Positions 18,014-29,007 of a DNA stretch of 34,425 bases are shown here, one piece after another. Source of the DNA: Gemmatimonadales bacterium (GTDB lineage: Bacteria; Gemmatimonadota; Gemmatimonadetes; Gemmatimonadales; GWC2-71-9); the NCBI GenBank assembly GCA_036560625.1, contig DATBQV010000372.1:1-34425 (forward strand), given 5' to 3'. Within the stretch, counting starts at the first letter, position 1. Each line of letters opens with the position of its first letter. The notes below the pieces were generated by a model. That model made no database searches. It saw only the letters and a list, made by a program, of their open reading frames with translations, and had not been told where the DNA came from. The position numbers and the translations under genes are program-made.

Positions 18014-20526
18014 GACACGCCGAGCTGCAGGATGTCGTTGAGCACCCCGGCCGCGGTCACGGCCGGTCCCGCACCAGGTCCCGTGATCACGAGCGGATTC
18101 GTCTTGTAGCGTGCCGTCGTGAACACGACCGTGTTGTCCGCACCCTTGAGCGTCGCCAGCGGACTCGACCGATCCACCTCGCGAAGCCCCACGACGAGCG
18201 AGTGCCGGGTGACGCTCGCGACGTACCGGAGCACGCGGCCCCGTGCCGCGGCCGCGGTCACTCGCCGCTCCCATTCGGGGTCGAACCGCTCGAGCTGCTC
18301 CAGGAACTGGTCCCGCCCCAACCGCCGTGCCGCCCGCGGCACCAGCGACTCGACGTGCCGCGGGGCCAGCTCGCCACGGAAGCCCAGCAGCCTGCCGAGA
18401 ATGAGGGCCTTCCTGCCGACGTCCATGCCCGAAAGATCGTCACGCGGATCGGGCTCGGTATAGCCCTTGGCCATCGCTGCCCGGAGCGCGGTGGAGAATC
18501 GTCGTCCGCGACCCAGCTCCCACAGGAGAAAGCCGAGCGTGCCGGAGAGACAGCCCTCGATCTTTTCGATCCGGTCGCCCGATTCGATGAGCTTGTAGTA
18601 GGTGTCGATCACGGGGAGCCCCGCGCCCACCGTCGTCTCGTGCCGGATCCGCCGACCGTAGGCACGGGCCAGCTCGAACAGGCGGTCGCTCTCTTCGGCC
18701 GGCGCGGCGAGCGGCAGCTTGTTCGAGAGGACGAGGTCCATGCCCGAGGCGAGCGCTTGCTCGAGCAGCCGGGTCGTGTGCGTCGCGGTGAGATCCACCA
18801 GGATCGGGCGACGGAGGGCGTGCCGTGAAATGAACGCGATCGCCTCTTCCGGCGTCCCCGGCCGGCCGCCGGCCGCGGCCGCCAGCGGATGCCCCCGCTC
18901 CTTGGCCGCGGCCAGCTCGACCAGCCGGCGGTCGCCGAGACCGTAATGATCGAAGACGAACCCGCTCCGGTCGATGAGGCCGACGATGCGAAGGGCTGGG
19001 CGGGGCCGCCGGACGCGCGCTACCAGGCCCGTGAGCATGCGCCCGATCTGCCCGAAGCCGAGCAGGACGATCTCCACCCGCTCGGGCCGACTGACCGTGC
19101 CGCCGCCGATCCGGGAGAGCTGGAACGCCGAGTGGATGCGGCGCTGCGCCTCGGGCGCCCGATCGCCGTCGACCACGACCGAGATGTTCAGCTCGCTCGA
19201 TCCCTGGGCGATGGCGACCACGTTGATCCCGCCCGACGAGAGGGCGGAGAAGACGCCCGCCGCCACACCCGGCGTGCCCGCCATGCCGAGCCCCACCACC
19301 GCGATCGTCGCGACGCCGTGGCGGACCTCGACACCGTCGATCTCCCGGCGCTCGATCTCATCGCGAAACTCGTGCAGCAGGGCCGTCCGCGCCTCCCGCG
19401 CCGCGGGGTCGGGCACGCTGAAGCAGATCGAGTGCTCCGACGACGCCTGGGAGATGAGCGACACCGAGATGCGCCGCTGCTGCAGGGCGGCGAAGGTGCG
19501 GGCGGCGATGCCCGGGACGCCGAGCATGCCGTTGCCGGCGACCGTGACCAACGCTTGATGGGTCGCGGCGGAGAGCGCTTTCACCGGCAATTGTGCCGCC
19601 GCCACCCGCTCGGAGACCTCGGTACCGTTCGACGATGGGTCGGCGAAGGGGCGCACGTACAGCGGGATCTTGCGTCCGGCGAGCGGGATCAGCGCGCGCG
19701 GGTGGAGCACCTTGGCCCCGTAGTACGCCAGCTCCGCCGCCTCGCGAGTGTGCAGGGCAGGGATCACGCGTGCGTCGGGGACGATCCGGGGATCGGCCGT
19801 GAGCAGGCCCGGCACGTCCTTCCAGAGAGAAATCCGGCTCGCGCCGAGGGCCCGGGCGAGCAGGGTGGCGGTGAGATCGGAGCCGCCCCGTCCCAGCGTC
19901 GTGAGGTCGTCGGCGGGGGAAGCGCCCAGGAAGCCCGGCACCACGGGAACGATCCGCCGGGCGAGCAGCGGGCGCAGCACGCGCCGGGCCGCCCGGTCGG
20001 TTCGATCGTAGTCGGGCGACGCGTGGCCGTAGTGGGCGTCGGTGCGGACGATCGCGGTGGCGTCCACATAGCGCGCGCGCACGCCGCGCGCGACCAGGGC
20101 CGCCGTCACGAGGTGGGCGCTGAGCCGCTCGCCCCGCGCGACGATGAAATCACTCGTCCGCGGACTCAAGTCGCGCAGGAGCCGGAGCCCGGACGCGAGC
20201 GCCACCAGCTCGTCGAGCTGCCCGGCGATGTAGGCGAGGAGCGCGGTCCGGGCTCGGCTGCGGGGGACCACCGCACGCGCGGCGCGCGAGTACTTCATCC
20301 GGAGCGCGCCGATCAGCTCGGCGACCCGGGCCTCATCACCGCGGACGGCGTGGCCGGCCACCGCGAGCAGCGCGTCGGTTGCGCCGGCCATCGCGGAGAC
20401 CACCACGACGGCGGGCTCGGGGCGGTGCTTCCGGACAATAGCCACCGCGTGGCCGATCGCGGCGGCGTCGGCCAGCGAGGCCCCGCCGAACTTGTGGACG
20501 TGCGGGGCCGACCTCGATAAAGGCAT
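18010..20526 (-). CDS. thrA: Bifunctional aspartate kinase / homoserine dehydrogenase
   Basis: 838 aa. N-terminal aspartokinase (VHKFGGASLADA, GRGGSDLTATLLA), ACT-like middle region, and C-terminal homoserine dehydrogenase (LLGFGQIGR Rossmann motif, GTLGFLL). Confidence 0.93.
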   Translation of the reverse strand: MPLSRSAPHVHKFGGASLADAAAIGHAVAIVRKHRPEPAVVVVSAMAGATDALLAVAGHAVRGDEARVAELIGALRMKYSRAARAVVPRSRARTALLAYIAGQLDELVALASGLRLLRDLSPRTSDFIVARGERLSAHLVTAALVARGVRARYVDATAIVRTDAHYGHASPDYDRTDRAARRVLRPLLARRIVPVVPGFLGASPADDLTTLGRGGSDLTATLLARALGASRISLWKDVPGLLTADPRIVPDARVIPALHTREAAELAYYGAKVLHPRALIPLAGRKIPLYVRPFADPSSNGTEVSERVAAAQLPVKALSAATHQALVTVAGNGMLGVPGIAARTFAALQQRRISVSLISQASSEHSICFSVPDPAAREARTALLHEFRDEIERREIDGVEVRHGVATIAVVGLGMAGTPGVAAGVFSALSSGGINVVAIAQGSSELNISVVVDGDRAPEAQRRIHSAFQLSRIGGGTVSRPERVEIVLLGFGQIGRMLTGLVARVRRPRPALRIVGLIDRSGFVFDHYGLGDRRLVELAAAKERGHPLAAAAGGRPGTPEEAIAFISRHALRRPILVDLTATHTTRLLEQALASGMDLVLSNKLPLAAPAEESDRLFELARAYGRRIRHETTVGAGLPVIDTYYKLIESGDRIEKIEGCLSGTLGFLLWELGRGRRFSTALRAAMAKGYTEPDPRDDLSGMDVGRKALILGRLLGFRGELAPRHVESLVPRAARRLGRDQFLEQLERFDPEWERRVTAAAARGRVLRYVASVTRHSLVVGLREVDRSSPLATLKGADNTVVFTTARYKTNPLVITGPGAGPAVTAAGVLNDILQLGVS

Positions 20527-20596
20527 GGTATGACTGACGATATACTGCGCGACGCATAAAGTCCAATACGCGCCCGCGACCTGCGGCAGGACCGGA

Positions 20597-22006
20597 TCAG
20601 TGCATGCCGGAGCCGCCCGAGAGCTGCTTCACCAGCTCGCCAATGACGCTCTTGGCGTCGCCGAACAGCATCCACGTCTTGTCGGAGAAGTACAGCTCGT
20701 TGTCGATGCCCGCGAAGCCGGGATTCTTGCTCCGCTTGATGGCGAACACCGTGCGCGCCTTGTCCGCGTCGATGATGGGCATGCCGTAAATCGGGCTGCT
20801 CTTGTCGTAGCGCGCCGCCGGATTCACGACGTCATTGGCGCCGACGACCAGCGCCACGTCCACCTGCGGCATGTCCGGATTGATCTCGTCCATCTCCACC
20901 AGATCGGTGTACGGGATGTCCGCCTCCGCCAGCAGCACGTTCATGTGCCCCGGCATCCGGCCCGCCACCGGGTGAATCGCGAATTTCACCGCGATGCCCC
21001 GCTTCTTGAGCTGATCGTACAGCTCCCGGACCTTGTGCTGCGCCTGGGCCACCGCCATGCCGTAGCCCGGGATGATGACGACCTGGGCCGCCTGCTCGAG
21101 CACCTGGGCGGCTCCCTCGATCGTCTCGGACTTGTAGACCTTCTCCTCGCCGCCCGCTTTTACCTGCTGCACCTGGCCGAAGGCGCCGAACAGGACGTTC
21201 GTGAACGAGCGGTTCATTGCCTTGCACATGATGATCGCCAGGATGAGCCCGCTCGAGCCGTCGAGCGCGCCGGCCGTAATCAGAAGCTTGTTGTCCAGCA
21301 CGAAGCCCATCGCGACCGCCGAGAGACCGGCGTACGCGTTCAGGATGGCGATCACCGTCGGCATGTCGGCCCCGCCGATCGGGATAATGAGCAGGACCCC
21401 GAACAGGAGCGCGAGCGCGATGATGACGGGAAAGAGCTGCGGCGCCCAGTCCGCGGTCGGGTGCAGCACCAGCGCGGTCCCTACACCGGCGGCGACAATC
21501 AGGAGCCCGAGGTTCGTGAGGTTCTGGAGCGGGTAGGTGACGGGGCGCTGCGGAATCCACTTCACCTCCTGCAGCTTGCCGGCGGCCATGAGGCTGCCGG
21601 TGAACGTCAGGAAGCCGAGGAGGATCTCCACGACGATCGCGACCATCCGGAACGCCGTGAGCGTGTCCGGCCCCTCGCCCACGCCGAGGTAGTACTCGGC
21701 CGTCCCGACGAGGCCGGCTGCCAGGCCGCCGAAGGCATGGGAGAGCGCCGTTCGCTGAGGCACCGCCGTGAGCGGGACCATTGCCAGCGGCACGCCGACG
21801 GCAAATCCGGCGACGATCGCGAGCACGATCCAGCCGTGATGCACCACGGCCGGCTGCGCCCAGGTGACCGCCACGGCGAGCGTCATGCCCGCGACGCCGG
21901 CGTACACGCCCCGGCGCGCGGTCTGGGGCGTGTTCATCCAGTGCAGCGCGAAGATGAACAGCGCCGTCGCGACGATGTACGCGGGATGGACGAGCGTGGT
22001 CATCAT
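20597..22006 (-). CDS. pntB: NAD(P) transhydrogenase subunit beta
   Basis: 469 aa. The N-terminal half is polytopic membrane. The C-terminal dIII domain carries IIPGYGMAVAQAQH, HPVAGRMPGHMNVLLAEA and VVGANDVVNPAA. Confidence 0.93.
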   Translation of the reverse strand: MMTTLVHPAYIVATALFIFALHWMNTPQTARRGVYAGVAGMTLAVAVTWAQPAVVHHGWIVLAIVAGFAVGVPLAMVPLTAVPQRTALSHAFGGLAAGLVGTAEYYLGVGEGPDTLTAFRMVAIVVEILLGFLTFTGSLMAAGKLQEVKWIPQRPVTYPLQNLTNLGLLIVAAGVGTALVLHPTADWAPQLFPVIIALALLFGVLLIIPIGGADMPTVIAILNAYAGLSAVAMGFVLDNKLLITAGALDGSSGLILAIIMCKAMNRSFTNVLFGAFGQVQQVKAGGEEKVYKSETIEGAAQVLEQAAQVVIIPGYGMAVAQAQHKVRELYDQLKKRGIAVKFAIHPVAGRMPGHMNVLLAEADIPYTDLVEMDEINPDMPQVDVALVVGANDVVNPAARYDKSSPIYGMPIIDADKARTVFAIKRSKNPGFAGIDNELYFSDKTWMLFGDAKSVIGELVKQLSGGSGMH

Positions 22007-22317
22007 GCGCGACCGCCGTCGCCGGGCTTGCGCTCGGTCTTGAACATCTTGAGCATGCGATCCGTGATCAGGAAGCCGCTCACGATGTTCGTCATCGAGG
22101 CGAACAGGGCGATCCCGCCCATGAGGCGGATGACCGGGGGATAGTCGGCGCCGGTGACGATGATCGATCCCACCACGGCGATCGCGGAGATCGCGTTCGT
22201 GATCGACATCAGCGGCGTGTGCAGCAGCCGGGAAACCCGGCGAATGACGCCGAGGCCGATGAACGAAGCCAGCACGAACACGAACAGTTGCGACCAGAAC
22301 TCGGACGTCTCGGTCAT
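22003..22317 (-). CDS. pntA: NAD(P) transhydrogenase subunit alpha part 2 (membrane)
   Basis: 104-aa hydrophobic protein (FVLASFIGLGVIRRVSRLLHTPLMSITNAISAIAVVGS) lying between pntAA and pntB. Its stop overlaps the pntB start (ATGA). Confidence 0.9.
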   Translation of the reverse strand: MTETSEFWSQLFVFVLASFIGLGVIRRVSRLLHTPLMSITNAISAIAVVGSIIVTGADYPPVIRLMGGIALFASMTNIVSGFLITDRMLKMFKTERKPGDGGRA

Positions 22318-22333
22318 GATCGGTGTGTCCCTT

Positions 22334-23494
22334 TCAGGCTCGCGAGCCCGCGGGTTGGAGCGCGTCCTTCGTCCGCGCGTGTCGCACGTCGCCGTCGTGG
22401 GTGATCAGCGCGCCGGCCTGGATGTCGTCGTTCAGGTCGAGCTGGAACGCCTTGTCCCTGGTGAACGCCTGGATGAAGGCCGTCAGATTGCGGGAGAAGA
22501 GCAGGCTGGCGTGGACCGGCATCGTGGCCGCCAGGTTGAGCGGGGCGAGGATCGTCACCCCGCCGACGACCGTGGTCTCGCCGACGCGCGACAGCTCACA
22601 GTTGCCGCCGCCGTCCGCGGCCAGATCCACGATCACGGCGCCCGGCTTCATCGCCCGCACCATGTCGCCCGTGATGAGTTTCGGCGCGAACACGCCACCG
22701 ATCAGCGCGGTCGTGACCACTACGTCCGACAGCGCGCACTGCTCCGCCAGCAGCTGGCGCTGGCGCTGGCGATCGTCCTCCGACAGCTCCTTGGCGTAAC
22801 CGCCTCCGGCCACGGCACTCTGCGCCAGCTCGATGCCGACGTACTTCGCGCCGACGCTCTCGATCTGCTCCTTCACCTCCGGCCGGACGTCGGTCGCCGC
22901 CACGTGAGCGCCGAGCCGGCGCGCAGTCGCGATCGCTTGCAGCCCCGCCACCGCCGCGCCGACGACGAAGACCTTGGCCGGCGGCACCATGCCCGCCGCG
23001 GTCATCAGCATGGGGAAGTACTTGCCGAGCTGGCCCGCGGCCAGAAGCACGCCCTTGTAGCCCGCGATGTTGGCCATCGAGGAGAGCGTGTCCATGGACT
23101 GCGCCCGGGTGGTCCGGGGGATCGCGTCGGTGGAGAACGCGGTGACCCTCGCCGCAGCGAGGGCACGGACCGCAGCGAGATTGCGGAGGGGCATCAGCGA
23201 CCCGACGTAGATCGTTCCAGGTCGCATCCAGCCGGGCTCGTCTCGACCGGAGTCGGCGAGGGCGGGGGCGTTGATCTTGAGCACGATGTCGGCCGATCCG
23301 AGCAATGCCGCCGGATCGGTCACGACAGTGGCGCCGACCTCCTGATAGGCGGCGTCGGAGAATCCGGCGGCGAGGCCGGCGCCGGACTCGACGGCGAGCT
23401 CGTAACCGGCTTGGCCCAGCTTCTTGCACGATTCAGGTACCAGTGCGACACGCAGTTCGCGCGGCGCACTCTCCCTCGGCACTGCGATTCGCAT
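22334..23494 (-). CDS. pntA: NAD(P) transhydrogenase subunit alpha part 1 (alanine dehydrogenase-like dI)
   Basis: 386 aa. MRIAVPRE..., AFSTDAIPRTTRAQSMDTLSSMANIAGYK and VFVVGAAVAGLQAIATARRLGA (Rossmann). Confidence 0.92.
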   Translation of the reverse strand: MRIAVPRESAPRELRVALVPESCKKLGQAGYELAVESGAGLAAGFSDAAYQEVGATVVTDPAALLGSADIVLKINAPALADSGRDEPGWMRPGTIYVGSLMPLRNLAAVRALAAARVTAFSTDAIPRTTRAQSMDTLSSMANIAGYKGVLLAAGQLGKYFPMLMTAAGMVPPAKVFVVGAAVAGLQAIATARRLGAHVAATDVRPEVKEQIESVGAKYVGIELAQSAVAGGGYAKELSEDDRQRQRQLLAEQCALSDVVVTTALIGGVFAPKLITGDMVRAMKPGAVIVDLAADGGGNCELSRVGETTVVGGVTILAPLNLAATMPVHASLLFSRNLTAFIQAFTRDKAFQLDLNDDIQAGALITHDGDVRHARTKDALQPAGSRA

Positions 23495-23693
23495 CCGGGA
23501 CTCCGGGGCTGCGGGAGAGGACGGGGACTAATCTTCACCCGACTTGAACATGGTCAAGGCGACGTTCGATCTGGAGCGAATTAGGGCCCGGGGGGGACGG
23601 GAGCTAAGCCATGACGGGACAGGGCGTTGGCGGTGGCTATTCATGTGGAAAATTTGTGCAAATCATGTGAACACAGCAGCTTACGCTAAGATA

Positions 23694-23722
23694 TTGAATT
23701 TTCGCGGCTTAGCTATTATATT
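23694..23722 (+). promoter_or_regulatory. Candidate sigma-70-type promoter for the sigma factor gene (TTGAAT-N17-TATATT)
   Basis: TTGAAT at 23694-23699, a 17-nt spacer, and TATATT at 23717-23722. It lies inside the only AT-rich island of the window, about 75 nt upstream of GTG 23797. This is a sequence match only; the organism's promoter consensus is unknown. Confidence 0.4.
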
Positions 23723-23796
23723 CACTGTCTGAATATGATGCGCCACCGCTTGGGATCCTTGCCGTTGGGTCCAGCCCCCCATAGGAGGTTCCAAGA

Positions 23797-24690
23797 GTGA
23801 GTGTGAAGCCACGTGCCAAGCGGCGCCCGGTCCGGCCGGCCCAGATCGCTCGTGCAGTGGATGAAGGCAGGGAAAGTCTCGACCTCTACCTCGATGAAAT
23901 CAGTCGTGTTCCCCTCCTCAGTCGCGATGAGGAGATGGAGCTTGCCCGGAAGGCGTTCAAGGGCAGCATTGTCGCGCAGGAGCGCCTCGCGCGCCATAAC
24001 GTCCGGTTCGTCGTCTCAGTGGCCAAGAAGTTCCAGAATCGCGGGGTCCCGCTCGTCGATCTGATCGGCGAAGGCAACCTCGGCCTCATGACGGCGGCCC
24101 GGAAGTTCGATCCGGACCGCGGCGTGAAGTTCATCTCCTACGCCGTGTGGTGGATCCGGCAGGCGGTACAAGCGGCCATCGCGCGCCACGGCCGTCCGGT
24201 CCGCGTGCCGCTCAACCGCACGGCCGATCTGAGCCGGCTCGGCCGCACCACGACGCTCCTCAAGGACCGCCTCGGGCGCATGCCCACCACGGAAGAGCTG
24301 GCCCGCGCCACCGGTCTCACGGTCGAGGCGGTGCGCTCGCTCAGCGCGCTCAACTCCGAGGCGGTGCGGCTCGACCATCCCACCCGGGACGGCGAAGGTA
24401 ACGAACGCATCGAGCGCTTTGCCTCCGGGGAGCAGGAGAGCACCGACACCTCCGCCCTGGCCAACAGCCAGACGCGGGACATCGAAACGGCGCTCGCTTC
24501 GCTTCCCCCGCGAGATGCAAAGGTGCTCCGGCTCTACTTCGGTCTGGACGATGGCAACAGCCGCACGCTCGAGGAAATCGGCCGGATGATGGGGGTGACG
24601 CGCGAGCGCATCCGCCAGCTCCGCGACCGCGCGCTCCTCCGCCTCCGCGAGGGTGAGACCGGCGACCGGCTGCGGGATCTCGTGGCGTAA
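23797..24690 (+). CDS. RNA polymerase sigma-70 family factor (RpoD/SigA-like, compact form without region 1.1)
   Basis: 297 aa. Region 1.2 (LDLYLDEISRVPLLSRDEEMELA), region 2 (NVRFVVSVAKKFQNRGVPLVDLIGEGNLGLMTAARKFDPDRGVKFISYAVWWIRQAV) and region 4.2 (TLEEIGRMMGVTRERIRQLRDRAL). The GTG start is preceded by AGGAGG. Confidence 0.9.
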   Translation: MSVKPRAKRRPVRPAQIARAVDEGRESLDLYLDEISRVPLLSRDEEMELARKAFKGSIVAQERLARHNVRFVVSVAKKFQNRGVPLVDLIGEGNLGLMTAARKFDPDRGVKFISYAVWWIRQAVQAAIARHGRPVRVPLNRTADLSRLGRTTTLLKDRLGRMPTTEELARATGLTVEAVRSLSALNSEAVRLDHPTRDGEGNERIERFASGEQESTDTSALANSQTRDIETALASLPPRDAKVLRLYFGLDDGNSRTLEEIGRMMGVTRERIRQLRDRALLRLREGETGDRLRDLVA

Positions 24691-24712
24691 CCCACCCGGC
24701 CCCGCGCGCGCA

Positions 24713-24750
24713 GAAGCCCTCCGATCCATCGGAGGGCTTCGTTTTTCTCT
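24713..24750 (+). terminator. Rho-independent terminator
   Basis: GAAGCCCTCCGA (24713-24724), loop TCCA, TCGGAGGGCTTC (24729-24740): a perfect 12-bp stem followed by GTTTTTCTCT. It lies 23 nt after the sigma gene stop and just before the convergent acnA stop. Confidence 0.85.
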
Positions 24751-24776
24751 GTGTCCTCCGTGGTTTGCAGTTGCAG

Positions 24777-27560
<2,784 letters not shown>

Positions 27561-27619
27561 GGCTCGAGATGAGTAGTCGGACCGGGAATGTAATAGCCCG
27601 ACTCCTGATAAGTTACGTC

Positions 27620-27946
27620 ATGCCGCTGCCCCCAATGCCGTACGCGATTACCCGCGAAGCGACCGGTATCCTGATCGAATGGGACACCGCCGGCCACACC
27701 TGGCTGTACCCCGCGCGCGAGCTGCGACTCGCCTGTCCGTGCGCCGGCTGCGTGGAGGAGATGACGGGGCGGCGCCTGCTCCAGCCGGACGCCATCCCTC
27801 CCGAGATCCGGCCGGAGACGCTGTCCCTGGTCGGGGCGTACGGGCTCCGGATCCGGTGGAGCGACGGGCACGACACCGGGATCTACACGTACGAGCTGCT
27901 GCGTGGGCTATGTCGTTGTCCCGCCTGCCGCCCGGAACGGGGCTAG
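27620..27946 (+). CDS. DUF971-family protein (gamma-butyrobetaine hydroxylase-like N-terminal zinc-binding domain)
   Basis: About 108 aa. L.IEW.DGH...Y....LR..CPCA.C-type pattern (ILIEWDTAGHTWLYPARELRLACPCAGC), followed by IRWSDGHDTGIYTYELLR. The start is set at ATG 27620; ATG 27635 is also possible. Confidence 0.75.
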   Translation: MPLPPMPYAITREATGILIEWDTAGHTWLYPARELRLACPCAGCVEEMTGRRLLQPDAIPPEIRPETLSLVGAYGLRIRWSDGHDTGIYTYELLRGLCRCPACRPERG

Positions 27947-28011
27947 TCAAGCTGTGCCGGGCTGAGTATCGTAGGCCGCCCCCCCTACAGGCCCTTCCCG
28001 CGAGGTCGGCT

Positions 28012-28338
28012 GTGATCGTTGGCCGGCGCTACTGGATTCTGATCTGGTACGGGATCCTGCTCCTGGGCATCCTGGGCCTGCTCGCCTCGGTGCACTGGGG
28101 TCGCCGCACCCATTGGCGGAACCTCGACGAAGTGCTCCGCGCCGTCGGCACCATCCTGGTGTCGGTCGGCATGCTGGTGCTGTTGTACCCCCTGCCGTGG
28201 TTGTACGCAGGGCTCCTGGGCGAAGGGCTGCTGGGCGTGGCACTCGTCGCGTTCGTGGCGGCGTTCATCCTGGGACGCCGTGCTGAGCGCGAGCGGGAGC
28301 AGCGCAGGTCCGGCGAGGTGGTCCCTCCCCCCGAGTAG
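28012..28338 (+). CDS. Hypothetical small membrane protein (about 3 TM segments)
   Basis: GTG 28012 lies 6 nt after GAGG. GC3 bias is strong in this frame. Hydrophobic segments: WILIWYGILLLGILGLLA, VGTILVSVGMLVLLY and LLGVALVAFVAAFIL. I recognise no family. Confidence 0.55.
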   Translation: MIVGRRYWILIWYGILLLGILGLLASVHWGRRTHWRNLDEVLRAVGTILVSVGMLVLLYPLPWLYAGLLGEGLLGVALVAFVAAFILGRRAEREREQRRSGEVVPPPE

Positions 28339-28393
28339 GCCGCTCTTGCGCCGGCCGGGACGGCGCCCCACTGTACCATTGGGGGAGGGAGCC

Positions 28394-28897
28394 ATGGCTC
28401 AGTCCAACATCTCCACCGGCGACGAAGGAACCTTCGCCGGTGCGATCGGCGCCGGGTGCGTTGCACTCTGGTTCTTCGTCATCGATCTCATTCAGGGTCA
28501 CCCCCTCCGCACGCCCAGCGTCCTCGGCCAGGTGCTGCTCTTCGGCCGGGAGCATCCCAATCTCGGCCAGGTGGACTTCAGCGCCGTCGTGGCCTACACC
28601 GCCGTGCACTTCGCGGTGTTCCTGGCGTTCGGGATCGGCTTGGTCGCGCTCATCCGCTGGGCGGCACGCGAATCCGCGGTGCGCTACGCGGTGCTCCAGG
28701 TGTTTCTCGTCTTCGAGGTGCTCTTCTACGGGCTGCTCTCGCTTGTGTCGGAGACGACCCGCGAGCTGTTCCCCTTCTGGACCGTGCTGGGCGCGAACAC
28801 CCTCGCGGCGGTGGTGATGGGCCTCTACCTCTGGCGGCAGCATCCGGAGTTCCGGCAGCTGCTGCGCGAGACGCCGCTGGGGGCAGCCCCCCGGTAG
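28394..28897 (+). CDS. Hypothetical membrane protein (about 4 TM segments)
   Basis: ATG 28394 is preceded by GGGGGAGGGA. The frame is GC3-rich and there are four hydrophobic stretches. I recognise no family. The stop TAG (28895-28897) lies 5 nt before the third heptad-repeat hairpin. Confidence 0.65.
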   Translation: MAQSNISTGDEGTFAGAIGAGCVALWFFVIDLIQGHPLRTPSVLGQVLLFGREHPNLGQVDFSAVVAYTAVHFAVFLAFGIGLVALIRWAARESAVRYAVLQVFLVFEVLFYGLLSLVSETTRELFPFWTVLGANTLAAVVMGLYLWRQHPEFRQLLRETPLGAAPR

Positions 28898-28902
28898 ACA
28901 AC

Positions 28903-28969
28903 GTGAGAGGTGAGAGGTAAGAGGTGAGAGGGAGGAACGCCCTCTTACTTCTTACCTCTCACCTCTTAC
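28903..28969. repeat. Heptanucleotide-repeat hairpin. Left arm is GTGAGAG GTGAGAG GTAAGAG GTGAGAG. Right arm is CTCTTAC TTCTTAC CTCTCAC CTCTTAC.
   Basis: Read directly. Position i pairs with 57872-i from 28903/28969 to 28931/28941: 29 consecutive pairs on the + strand (26 Watson-Crick plus 3 G.T) and no mismatches. The loop is 9 nt (28932-28940). Confidence 0.88.
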
Positions 28970-29007
28970 CCGTTTAGCTTCCTCCCTCTCTCTCGCCGGG
29001 CGGGGTC

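Noticed and set aside
20527-20596. A possible threonine-operon leader or attenuator upstream of thrA, and a weak TTGGAC-N16-TATATC promoter-like match on the minus strand (20539-20566).
   Set aside because: No leader peptide with Thr/Ile runs and no terminator/antiterminator pair is visible in the 70-nt spacer. The promoter match is only 3/6 and 4/6 and would leave a 12-nt leader. That is too weak to report.
23544-23997. Short ORFs in and around the AT-rich intergenic island: 23544-23732 (+), 62 aa, and 23722-23997 (-), 91 aa.
   Set aside because: Neither has an SD or a family resemblance. The second is antisense to the well-supported sigma-factor N-terminus. Both are better explained as a promoter or UTR region.
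27561-27619. A small hairpin (AGTCGG ... CCGACT, 6-bp stem, 17-nt loop) in the 59-nt acnA/DUF971 divergent region.
   Set aside because: The stem is short with a large loop, which is within chance expectation. There is no supporting context.
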